Source of the DNA: Oscillospiraceae bacterium
Lineage (GTDB): Bacteria; Bacillota; Clostridia; Oscillospirales; Ruminococcaceae
Length of the DNA stretch: 64,000 nucleotides
Assembly: GCA_022769365.1 (NCBI GenBank)
Contig: JALEJO010000012.1
Location: 2,917-66,916, forward strand
Direction: 5' to 3'
Below, piece after piece: positions 7,612 through 16,300 of the stretch. Positions within the stretch are counted from its first letter, which is position 1, and each line of letters starts with the position of its first letter. Under the pieces are notes generated by a model. It ran no database searches, was not told where the DNA came from, and worked only from the letters and a program-made list of their open reading frames with translations. The translations under genes were made by a program, and so were the position numbers.

Positions 7612-9426
7612 ATGGATAGCACAATGCTTGAAAAGGTAAACGAGCTGATTGGCGGCGAAGTTTACGGCGTATGGTTTTTGGTAGGTGCTGCACTTGTATT
7701 CTTTATGCAATGCGGCTTTGCAATGGTTGAAACAGGTTTCACCAGAGCAAAAAATGCAGGTAACATTATTATGAAGAACCTTATGGACTTCTGTATTGGT
7801 ACTATTGTATTTATTCTTATTGGTTTTGGTCTTTTACTTGGTGAAAATGCTTTCTTTGGTTTAATCGGCAAACCAAGTCTTCAGATTTTCACAAATTATG
7901 CAGATTTTGATTGGTCAAATTTCGTATTTAACCTTGTATTCTGTGCAACAACAGCAACAATTGTTTCTGGTGCGATGGCAGAAAGAACAAAGTTTATTTC
8001 ATATTGTATTTATTCGGGCGTTCTTTCAGCAGTTATTTATCCGATTGAAGCCCACTGGATCTGGGGCGGCGGCTGGCTTTCACAGCTTGGTTTCCACGAT
8101 TTCGCAGGTTCATGTGCAATTCATATGACAGGCGGTCTTGCAGCACTTATCGGTGCAGCTGTTGAAGGTGCAAGAATTGGCAAATTCAAGAGAGATAAGA
8201 GCGGCAAGGTAACAAAGGTAAATGCAATTCCTGGTCACTCATTAACACTTGGTGCTTTAGGTGTATTCATTCTTTGGTTTGGTTGGTACGGATTCAACGG
8301 TGCAGCTGCAACATCAGTTTCACAGCTCGGTTCTATCTTCCTTACAACAACAATAGCTCCTGCAACAGCAACTGTTGTTTGTATGATATTTACATGGCTC
8401 AAGTATGGTAAGCCTGATGTTTCAATGTGTCTTAACGCTTCACTTGCAGGTCTTGTTGCAATAACAGCTCCTTGTGATGTTACAGATGCGGCAGGTGCTT
8501 TAGCTATTGGTGCAGTTTCAGGTTTACTTGTTCCATTCGGTGTATGGTTCCTTGATTATAAGCTTCACGTTGATGACCCTGTTGGTGCGGTTGCAGTTCA
8601 CTTCTTAAATGGTATGTGGGGTACAATTGCAGTTGGTTTATTTGCAACAGGAAACACACCTGGATATTCAATCGCTGACGGAAACGGCGAAGCGATGAAG
8701 GGCTTATTCTATGGCGGCGGAGCAAAACTCCTTGGAATACAGCTTCTTGGTATGGTAAGCGTACTTGCATGGGGTGCGGTAACAGTTACAATACTTTTCC
8801 TCATCTTAAAGCATACAATCGGACTCAGAGCTTCTGCTGAAGAAGAAATTATCGGTCTTGATATTACAGAACATAATCTTCCTTCATCATATGCAGACTT
8901 TATGCCTTCAATCGATGTTATCAAGCAGACAGATAAGCAGGCTGCAAAGGCAGGCATTGAAGTAAATGATGAAGTAAAGAAGATGAACAAGGTTATCTCA
9001 CCTGTTATGGGCGGTGCAGATAAGAATGTAACACCTGTTAAGGTTTCAACAGATAAGAATACAAAGCTTACAAAGATAAGCGTTATCTGCAAGCAGAATA
9101 AGCTTGAAGATCTCCAGACAGCTCTTACATCAATCGGTATAACAGGTATCACAGTAACTCAGGTTCTTGGATATGGTACACAGAAGGGTCACGAAACATA
9201 TTATCGTGGTGTTAAGAGTGATTCAGGTGCAACACTTCTTCCTAAGATTAAGGTTGAAGCTATCATTTCAAAGGTTCCTGTTGATACAGCAGTAAATGCA
9301 ATAAGAGATGCTCTTTATACAGGTAATATTGGTGATGGTAAGGTATTTGTTTATGATGTTGAAGAAGTTGTTCGTGTTCGTACAGGTGAAACAGGATATG
9401 ATGCTCTTCAGGAATCAGAAGAATAA
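7612..9426 (+). CDS. amtB: Ammonium transporter (Amt) fused to a C-terminal PII (GlnK) domain
   Basis: FFMQCGFAMVE, GAMAER, DFAGS..H, WFGWYGFN, DDPVGAVAVH Amt motifs, then GYGTQKG..YRG..LLPK..GNIGDGKVF..RVRTGE PII motifs in one ORF; RBS AAGGAG before 7612. Confidence 0.95.
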   Translation: MDSTMLEKVNELIGGEVYGVWFLVGAALVFFMQCGFAMVETGFTRAKNAGNIIMKNLMDFCIGTIVFILIGFGLLLGENAFFGLIGKPSLQIFTNYADFDWSNFVFNLVFCATTATIVSGAMAERTKFISYCIYSGVLSAVIYPIEAHWIWGGGWLSQLGFHDFAGSCAIHMTGGLAALIGAAVEGARIGKFKRDKSGKVTKVNAIPGHSLTLGALGVFILWFGWYGFNGAAATSVSQLGSIFLTTTIAPATATVVCMIFTWLKYGKPDVSMCLNASLAGLVAITAPCDVTDAAGALAIGAVSGLLVPFGVWFLDYKLHVDDPVGAVAVHFLNGMWGTIAVGLFATGNTPGYSIADGNGEAMKGLFYGGGAKLLGIQLLGMVSVLAWGAVTVTILFLILKHTIGLRASAEEEIIGLDITEHNLPSSYADFMPSIDVIKQTDKQAAKAGIEVNDEVKKMNKVISPVMGGADKNVTPVKVSTDKNTKLTKISVICKQNKLEDLQTALTSIGITGITVTQVLGYGTQKGHETYYRGVKSDSGATLLPKIKVEAIISKVPVDTAVNAIRDALYTGNIGDGKVFVYDVEEVVRVRTGETGYDALQESEE

Positions 9427-9496
9427 TTCACTTAACTTTCAATAAAAATACTATTAAAAAATGCGGATACTTGATTGTGTCCGCATTTTGTATTTA

Positions 9497-10510
9497 TTAA
9501 TCCGCTTTATGTATCATTGAATATTCAATCGAACCATTAACAATTGTTATAAGGGTTTGAGAATCCTGAGGATTTATAATGTTTAATGTAACGCCCGACT
9601 GAAGTCCTGTTGAAAGAATCATATTTCTGCAAGATTTACATTCATCTGTAAGTTCAGAAGTAAGTGTATCATATTCATTATTTTCATCTGATGTATTTTG
9701 AATAGTCAGGATTTTTTCTGTAACTTTTGCATCGTAAATATTTATTGTGTAAATATCTTTTGATTCATCATAAACAAGAGTAACATCGCTGTATTTTTGC
9801 GAAACAGTATTTTTCAAAGTTTCAACTATCTGAACAGTGTCTGATGTATCAAGTTCGGCATATGAAGCGGATTCGGTTTCATTTTCAACTGTTTCGGCTG
9901 TTTCTGAAATTTCTTCATCAGATTCATTTTCGGTAGCAACTTTGCTTGAAATTGCTGTTGTATTTTCTGTTTGAACTTCAGCATTTTCGTTTTCTGATAT
10001 GAAATATTTCACAATCATAACAGCACATACAACGCATATTGCAAGGATAAGCAAAATAAGAAGAATAATTAGCCATATAGGAGTTTTTTTATTTGTCTTA
10101 TTGCTTTTTCCGTCAGGAACACTGTATGAAGTATAAGAAGAATTTTCAGACTTTTTTTCTGTTTTTAGTTCTTTGATTTCAGGTTGCTGAACTTTTACGG
10201 TTTCAGGTTTTGGTTCTTGTTTTGTTTCGGAAATAATTTCAGGAATTTTATTATTTTCATTCTGAATATTTTCTTTTGGAATGTCATCTGAATTTTCTGA
10301 ATTTGGTTCGGATTTTGGAATATCACTTTTAATATCATCTTTTAAAAGTTCATTTATATCTGTTATTGTATCGTCTGAACCTTGTGAAATGTTTTTTTCA
10401 ATGATATTTTCAGCGGCATTTTCTTCCATTTTTTCAGTAAATCCGCCGCAAATAGGGCATAAAACAGATGATTCAGAAACTTCTGAACCGCAGCTTGCAC
10501 ATTTTTTCAT
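9497..10510 (-). CDS. Zinc-ribbon, single-pass membrane protein of unknown function
   Basis: N-terminal CASC...CPIC, acidic low-complexity linker, one TM helix after a KKT motif, ~100 aa C-terminal globular region. Confidence 0.75.
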   Translation of the reverse strand: MKKCASCGSEVSESSVLCPICGGFTEKMEENAAENIIEKNISQGSDDTITDINELLKDDIKSDIPKSEPNSENSDDIPKENIQNENNKIPEIISETKQEPKPETVKVQQPEIKELKTEKKSENSSYTSYSVPDGKSNKTNKKTPIWLIILLILLILAICVVCAVMIVKYFISENENAEVQTENTTAISSKVATENESDEEISETAETVENETESASYAELDTSDTVQIVETLKNTVSQKYSDVTLVYDESKDIYTINIYDAKVTEKILTIQNTSDENNEYDTLTSELTDECKSCRNMILSTGLQSGVTLNIINPQDSQTLITIVNGSIEYSMIHKAD

Positions 10511-10587
10511 AATAGATTACCTCTTTTAATAATATAAATATGGTAAACATATTTTATCACATAAGCATTTAAAAGTCAAGAGATTTA

Positions 10588-10824
10588 TTAGGAATTAGGA
10601 ATGAGGAATTAAGGTGTCGCCATTCGGCGACTTATCTAAAACCTCTCAGTCAGCTAAAGCTGACAGCTCTCCTTAAAAGGAGAGCCTATAATCAACTTTG
10701 TAAGTTACTTTTAAGCCTCTCCTTTCAAGGAGAGGTGGCACAGCGTAGCTGTGACGGAGAGGTTTAAAATCGTCAGCGTAAGCTGACACCACAATTCCTC
10801 ATTCCTAATTCCTCACTCCTCATT
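10588..10824. repeat. Heptamer-capped multi-hairpin palindromic element, copy A
   Basis: Ends AATTAGGAATGAGGAATT..GGTGTC / GACACC..AATTCCTCATTCCTAATT; internal hairpins GTCGCC/GGCGAC, GTCAGC/GCTGAC (twice), GCTCTCCTT/AAGGAGAGC, CCTCTCCTT/AAGGAGAGG, CACAGC/GCTGTG. Confidence 0.92.
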
Positions 10825-10836
10825 CTAAAATAAGTA

Positions 10837-10975
10837 TTAATTCCTATAATTCCTATATTAATATATATAATATAACTATATGTATTAATAGATAAAAACT
10901 ATAAGTAGCTATAGTTTTTTAATTTGTAAGAATATACACAATTTTCTTGACAAATATGAAAAAATATTTTATAAT
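10837..10975 (+). promoter_or_regulatory. metY promoter with candidate CymR-type sites
   Basis: ATAATTCCTAT at 10846-10856 with a tandem partial copy; perfect dyad AAAAACTATA-6nt-TATAGTTTTT at 10894-10919; TTGACA (10947-10952)-17nt-TATAAT (10970-10975). Confidence 0.6.
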
Positions 10976-11005
10976 ATATAAGGTATTAAATTTTGGAGGA
11001 TAAAA

Positions 11006-12271
11006 ATGAATATAGAAACACAATGTTTACATGCAGGCTACACTCCGGGAAATGGCGACCCTAGAGTTATGCCGATAGTTCAGAGTACAACTTATACTTT
11101 TGACTCAACTCAGCATATTGCTGATCTTTTCGATAAGCCTACAGAATGCATTTATTCAAGATTTGCAAACCCTACTGTTGACGCTGTTGAACAGAAAATT
11201 GCAGCACTTGAAGGTGGCGTTGGTGCTATGTGCACATCAAGCGGACAGGCTGCTTCACTTATTTCAGTTCTTAATCTTTGCAGTGCAGGCGACAGCTTTA
11301 TATGCAGTTCAACGATTTATGGCGGTACAATAAATCTCTTCTCTTTTACGTTTAAAAGATTTGGAATTGAAGCTATTTTTGTTGATGCTGACGCTGACGA
11401 AGAAACACTTATGAAAGCTTTTAAACCTAACACAAAATGCGTTTTTGGTGAAACACTTGCAAATCCTGCAATAGATATTTTCGACATTGAAAAGTTTGCG
11501 AAAGTTGCACACGCAAATAAAGTTCCGCTTATTGTTGATAATACTTTCCCGACACCGATTCTTTGCAGACCTTTTGAATTTGGTGCTGATATTGTCATTC
11601 ATTCAACAACAAAATATATGGACGGTCACGCTGTTCAGGGTGGCGGTGTTATTGTTGATTCAGGTAATTTCGACTGGGAAGCAAGTGGAAAGTTTCCTGA
11701 TTTCACAGAACCTGATGAAAGTTATCACGGAATTGTTTATACAAAAGAATTTGGTAATATGGCATATATTATCAAGGCAAGAATGCAGCTTATGAGAGAT
11801 TTTGGCTGTTATCCTGCCGCACATTCTGCATTTCTTCTTAATCTTGGACTTGAAACTCTTGCAATAAGAATGAAACAGTATTGCATAAATGCTGAAAAAG
11901 TTGCTGATTATCTTGAAACAGTTCCTTGCGTTTCACAGATAAAATATCCGTCAAAATATACAGGCAAGCAAAAAGAACTTGCTGAAAAGTATCTTTCAGG
12001 CGGCAGCGGTGTTATTACTTTTACAATTGACGGCGGTCGTCAGACAGCAATGAAATTTATGGACAGCCTTGAACTTGCTTCAAACGTTGTTCACGTTGCA
12101 GATATTCGTACATGTGTTCTTCACCCTGCATCAGAAACACACAGACAGCTTACAGATGAACAGCTTGTTGCAGCAGGTATAAATCCTGGTCTTATCAGAT
12201 TATCTGTTGGTCTTGAAAATGTTGATGACATTATCGCAGACCTTAAACAGGCTTTTGAAAAAATAAAGTAA
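11006..12271 (+). CDS. metY: O-acetylhomoserine sulfhydrylase (Cys/Met metabolism PLP enzyme)
   Basis: ETQCLHAGY, YSRFANPT, SSGQAA, VDNTFPTP, HSTTKYMDGH (PLP lysine), HPASETHRQL, IRLSVGLE. Confidence 0.93.
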   Translation: MNIETQCLHAGYTPGNGDPRVMPIVQSTTYTFDSTQHIADLFDKPTECIYSRFANPTVDAVEQKIAALEGGVGAMCTSSGQAASLISVLNLCSAGDSFICSSTIYGGTINLFSFTFKRFGIEAIFVDADADEETLMKAFKPNTKCVFGETLANPAIDIFDIEKFAKVAHANKVPLIVDNTFPTPILCRPFEFGADIVIHSTTKYMDGHAVQGGGVIVDSGNFDWEASGKFPDFTEPDESYHGIVYTKEFGNMAYIIKARMQLMRDFGCYPAAHSAFLLNLGLETLAIRMKQYCINAEKVADYLETVPCVSQIKYPSKYTGKQKELAEKYLSGGSGVITFTIDGGRQTAMKFMDSLELASNVVHVADIRTCVLHPASETHRQLTDEQLVAAGINPGLIRLSVGLENVDDIIADLKQAFEKIK

Positions 12272-12278
12272 AAAAATT

Positions 12279-12318
12279 AAAGGCTTCAGATATTCTCTAT
12301 CTGAAGCCTTTTTCTTTT
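12279..12318 (+). terminator. Rho-independent terminator after metY
   Basis: AAAGGCTTCAGATA-ttctc-TATCTGAAGCCTTT plus a T-run. Confidence 0.85.
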
Positions 12319-12359
12319 TATCAACCGTTGGTTGATATATATTTTTGATAATATCAACC
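12319..12359. promoter_or_regulatory. Palindromic operator candidates upstream of an XRE gene
   Basis: TATCAACC-gtt-GGTTGATA (12319-12337) and a repeated TATCAACC half-site (12352-12359). Confidence 0.5.
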
Positions 12360-12420
12360 ATTAATATGTTGCGTTCATTCAAATTAAATGTTAAAATTGT
12401 AATTGAAAGGAGGTTGCAAC

Positions 12421-12891
12421 TTGGACCAAATTAAAATAGGAAAATTTATTTCTGAATGCCGCAAAGAAAAAGGATATACACAAGTTAAATTAGCTGAAAA
12501 ACTTGGTATTACAAACAGAGCAGTTTCAAAATGGGAAACGGGAAAAAGTTTACCCGATGCATCTGTTATGATTGAACTTTGCGAACTTTTGGGAATAAAT
12601 GTGAATGAACTTTTGACGGGTGAAAAAGTATCAGAAGAAAATTATAAAAGAAAGGCGGAGGAAAATATGGTAGAAATGGTTAAAAAAAATAAAAAGTCAA
12701 AAGCCGAAATAATAATAACATTGCTTATAATAATTTCAATAGTAATAGATTCGGTTACAGGTATGATACTTTCAAAAATGTTTACATCAGATGAAACAAG
12801 AGCGGCAATAGGAATAATGAGTTTTGTTTTGCTTTTATGTCTTGTTGGAATATGGACGGGTACAACCTTATGTTTAAAAAATAAAAAATAG
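12421..12891 (+). CDS. XRE-family HTH regulator with two C-terminal TM helices
   Basis: IGKFISECRKEKGYTQVKLAEKLGITNRAVSKWETGKSLPD; TTG start after AGGAGG; hydrophobic C-terminus. Confidence 0.9.
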   Translation: MDQIKIGKFISECRKEKGYTQVKLAEKLGITNRAVSKWETGKSLPDASVMIELCELLGINVNELLTGEKVSEENYKRKAEENMVEMVKKNKKSKAEIIITLLIIISIVIDSVTGMILSKMFTSDETRAAIGIMSFVLLLCLVGIWTGTTLCLKNKK

Positions 12892-12945
12892 CAAAGAAAA
12901 ACGCTGTCGCAAAAAGCGGCAGCGTTGACTTTATAATAATTATGT

Positions 12946-13905
12946 TTAGTTAGCCTTTTTTTCAACCATATCATGGCAAAAATGGCTTATATCTTTTCTG
13001 TGTTCAGAAGTGAATGCAATTGCATCTCTTGGGTGGAGATTAAGCTGACCTGTTGCAAGGTACTGTGTATCATATCCCCAAACAACATTTTTTGCTTTAA
13101 GAACATTTATATTATTTTCAATAAATTCAATAACAGGTGAGAGGTTGAAATTACCGTGCTTTTTGTTGTTCATATATCCAAGAAGCATTTCCATCATACA
13201 GTTGCCTGCACCTCTTCCCATACCGCTCATTGTTCCGTCAAGGAAAGATGCACCTGAACGGAATGCTTCAATTGTATTTGCAAAAGCAAGCTGCTGATTA
13301 TTGTGTGCGTGCATACCGATTGACTTGCCATATTTTTCAGCTATTGAAACATAAAGTTCTGTAAGTTCCTTGATGTCTTCAGGGTAGAGTGAACCGTAGC
13401 TGTCTACAAGGTAAATGCAGTCTACAGATGAATTGCCAAGCTGTTCAAGTGCTTTTTTTACATCATTTATATCAGCTGTTGAAATAGCCATAATATTGCA
13501 GGTTGTTTCATAACCGAGATTATGACAATGTTCAATTATTTCAATTGCTTCAGGAATTGTATTTATATAAGTTGCAACTCTTATCATATCAAGAGGACTG
13601 TTTGACTTTAAGCAAATATCTCTTTTAAAGTTGCATCTTCCAACGTCTGCCATTGCAGCAAGTTTAACCCCTGGCTTTTCGTTTCCAAGAACTCTTATTA
13701 TATCACTTTCTTCACAGAATTTCCAAACACCGAATTCTGATTTATCAAAAAGGTCAGCAGATGCCTTGTATCCGACTTCCATATATTTAACACCTGATGC
13801 AAGATTTGCATTATAGAGATTTTTAACAAATTCGTCAGTAAAGAAAAAGTTATTTACAAGACCGCCATCTCTTATTGTTGCATCAAGAATATTTAAATTT
13901 CCCAT
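12946..13905 (-). CDS. DRE-TIM metallolyase (HMGL-like, aldolase catalytic domain protein)
   Basis: LDATIRDGG, DSYG, HAHNNQQLAFANT, GMGRGAGN; no DmpG or LeuA regulatory domain. Confidence 0.85.
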   Translation of the reverse strand: MGNLNILDATIRDGGLVNNFFFTDEFVKNLYNANLASGVKYMEVGYKASADLFDKSEFGVWKFCEESDIIRVLGNEKPGVKLAAMADVGRCNFKRDICLKSNSPLDMIRVATYINTIPEAIEIIEHCHNLGYETTCNIMAISTADINDVKKALEQLGNSSVDCIYLVDSYGSLYPEDIKELTELYVSIAEKYGKSIGMHAHNNQQLAFANTIEAFRSGASFLDGTMSGMGRGAGNCMMEMLLGYMNNKKHGNFNLSPVIEFIENNINVLKAKNVVWGYDTQYLATGQLNLHPRDAIAFTSEHRKDISHFCHDMVEKKAN

Positions 13906-13920
13906 TGTGTAATTCCTCCG

Positions 13921-13960
13921 TGTACTTTAATGTTTTAACACTTTAATATTTTAAAGTGTT
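13921..13960 (-). promoter_or_regulatory. Dyad operator downstream of the promoter of the DRE-TIM gene
   Basis: AACACTTTAA-4nt-TTAAAGTGTT (13937-13960) plus an extra ACTTTAA half-site; TTGACA promoter at 14003-14008 on the minus strand. Confidence 0.55.
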
Positions 13961-14050
13961 GTAGTGATTACAATTTAATATTATACAACTTGAAATTCAA
14001 TTTGTCAAGCAGTTAAGAAAAAATTTACATATTCACAATATCAAATAAAG

Positions 14051-14370
14051 AATTAGGAGTGAGGAATTAGGAATGAGGAAGCGGCGTGTCGCCGCAGCCA
14101 AGTCACCCCAATTTACTAAAAATATAAGGGTAATTTTATGGTTAAAGCCCCTGCCAGGGGCAATTTTGTTTTATGTGTTTCTACCTCTCAGTCAGCATTC
14201 GCTGACAGCTCTCCTTGAAAGGAGAGCCTTAAAAACACAACATTGCAAATCTAATTAAAAGCCTCTCCTTTTAAGGAGAGGTGTCAAGGCGAAGCCTTGA
14301 CGGAGAGGTTTTAAATCCGTCAGCGAAGCTGACACCTTAATTCCTCATTCCTAATTCCTCACTCCTCATT
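14051..14370. repeat. Heptamer-capped palindromic element, copy B (long form)
   Basis: Same core as copy A plus an extra left module (GCGGCG-tgt-CGCCGC ... GCCCCT-gcc-AGGGGC); nearly identical to copy E. Confidence 0.92.
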
Positions 14371-14454
14371 TAAAAACAGGATTGACAAATGTTTAAAAAT
14401 CTTGTATAATAGACACTATATTATAATTTACTACAAAATACAGGAGATTATCAA

Positions 14455-15942
14455 ATGGAACAAAAAAGCAATAACAGAGCAACATTTCAGTCAAGACTTG
14501 GATTTATTCTTGTTTCGGCAGGGTGTGCAATAGGACTTGGAAATGTTTGGAAATTCCCATATGTATGCGGTCAGAACGGCGGAGGAGCATTTATACTTCT
14601 TTATTTACTTTGTCTTGTTCTTCTTGGACTGCCTATTTTAATATGTGAGTTTGCAATAGGACGTGGAAGCGGAAGAAGTTTATCGCAGGCATTTGAAAAA
14701 CTTGAACAGCCCGGAAGCAGATATCATTATACAAAGTATACAAGTATAGCAGGCAACTATCTTCTTATGATGTTTTATACAATGGTAACAGGCTGGATGC
14801 TTTATTATGCATTCAGATATATAACAGGCAACATAGATGCATCAAGTACGGAAATGACGGCAAATGAATTTTCAAATATGCTTCAGTCGCCGGTTGTAAT
14901 GCTTATTTTTGCAGCAATTGTAATAGCTGGCTGCATTGGAATATGTGCTTTGGGACTTCAAAATGGAATTGAAAAAGTAACAAAATTTATGATGCTTTTT
15001 CTTATGGGACTTATGGTTGTACTTGCAGTTAACTCAATAAGATTAAAAGGTGCATCAGAGGGACTTAAATTCTATCTTGTTCCCGATTTTAAAAAGCTGT
15101 TTGAAAACGGCATAACATCGGTTTTATTTGCAGCTATGACACAGGCATTTTTCACTCTTAGTGTCGGCATTGGTGCAATGGAAATATTCGGTAGTTATTT
15201 AAAGAAAGAACGTACACTTGTTGGTGAATCTTTAAATGTAATATTACTTGATACAGGTGTTGCAATAGTTGCGGGACTTATAATAATACCTGCTTGTTTC
15301 GCCTATGGAATTCAGCCTGATTCAGGACCTAATCTTTTATTTATAACATTGCCTAACGTATTTCATCATATGGCACTTGGCAGATTATGGGGAAGTCTTT
15401 TCTTTATTTTTATGTCTTTTGCAGCACTTTCAACAGTTATAGCAGTTTTTGAAAATATTATAACAATGACAGTTGAACTTGGAAACTGGAGCAGAAAAAA
15501 ATCCGCAATAATAAATCTTGCTGCAATTTTTGTTTTATCAATTCCTGCAATTTTAGGATTTAATGTGCTTTCATCTGTTCAGCCTCTTGGAAAGGGAACA
15601 ACAATAATGGACCTTGAAGATTTTCTTGTTTCATCAAATCTTCTTCCGCTTGGTTCACTTGTTGTAGTGCTTTTCTGTGTGAGAAAAAACGGCTGGGGCT
15701 GGGATGATTTCAGAAATGAAGTAAATACAGGAAAGGGAAAACATTTACCAAATGCTTTAAGATTATATATTACATATGTTGTGCCTGCACTTATCTGCAT
15801 TATTTACTTAAAAGGATATTACGATACTTTTTCAGGCAAAAGTCTGCCGATATTTATTTTCTGGATGATTTTTGCAGTTCTTCTTCTCGGACTTATTTTC
15901 TGGGCATCTTTTTCAAAGAAAAAAGCAGTAATTAAGAATTAG
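14455..15942 (+). CDS. Sodium-dependent amino-acid transporter (NSS/SNF family)
   Basis: GCAIGLGNVWKFPY, NGGGAF, EFAIGR, GIEK, QAFFTLS, GPNLLFITLP motifs. Confidence 0.95.
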   Translation: MEQKSNNRATFQSRLGFILVSAGCAIGLGNVWKFPYVCGQNGGGAFILLYLLCLVLLGLPILICEFAIGRGSGRSLSQAFEKLEQPGSRYHYTKYTSIAGNYLLMMFYTMVTGWMLYYAFRYITGNIDASSTEMTANEFSNMLQSPVVMLIFAAIVIAGCIGICALGLQNGIEKVTKFMMLFLMGLMVVLAVNSIRLKGASEGLKFYLVPDFKKLFENGITSVLFAAMTQAFFTLSVGIGAMEIFGSYLKKERTLVGESLNVILLDTGVAIVAGLIIIPACFAYGIQPDSGPNLLFITLPNVFHHMALGRLWGSLFFIFMSFAALSTVIAVFENIITMTVELGNWSRKKSAIINLAAIFVLSIPAILGFNVLSSVQPLGKGTTIMDLEDFLVSSNLLPLGSLVVVLFCVRKNGWGWDDFRNEVNTGKGKHLPNALRLYITYVVPALICIIYLKGYYDTFSGKSLPIFIFWMIFAVLLLGLIFWASFSKKKAVIKN

Positions 15943-16155
15943 GAATGAGAAATTGTGGTGTCAGCTACCGCTGACGGATTTTAAACCCCCTCCACCGTCT
16001 TCGACGTTTCAAGGGAGGCTATAAATGGTCATTTCTCATTGAATTTGCAAGGCGATTTTTAAGGCTCCCATGAAAGGGGAGCTGGCAAGCCGTAAGGCTT
16101 GACTGAGGGGGGAAAATAGTCGCTACAGGCGACAAAATAATTCCCACTCTTCACT
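15937..16155. repeat. Heptamer-capped palindromic element, copy C (diverged, reverse orientation)
   Basis: AATTAGGAATGAGAAATTGTGGTGTCAGC..GCTGACGG..AAACCCCCTCC; hairpins CAAGCC/GGCTTG and GTCGC/GCGAC; its first heptamer supplies the TAG stop of the NSS gene. Confidence 0.8.
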
Positions 16156-16300
16156 GAAAAATCAGCATAAAAAATTCCTTAAAGTTATAACAATAATAAC
16201 AGTATCTTAATTGACAAAAAAATATTTGCGTGATATAATAGGTGTATTATATATTTTTATTGAAAAAAATCACAAAAATCAAATTTAAATGGAGGAGAAA

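Noticed and set aside
10830-11005. SAM riboswitch upstream of metY or the MetE-core gene
   Set aside because: No ATCAAGAG...GAAAGATG/AT S-box elements; the leaders are short and AT-rich.
14073-14258. 61-aa ORF MRKRRVAAAK...
   Set aside because: Lies entirely inside repeat copy B; its ATG and SD-like sequence are by-products of the heptamer cap.
16156-16300. Purine riboswitch upstream of hpt-NCS2-xpt
   Set aside because: No aptamer core (TATAAT..GG..GTTTCTAC..CCGTAAA) before hpt, the permease or xpt.
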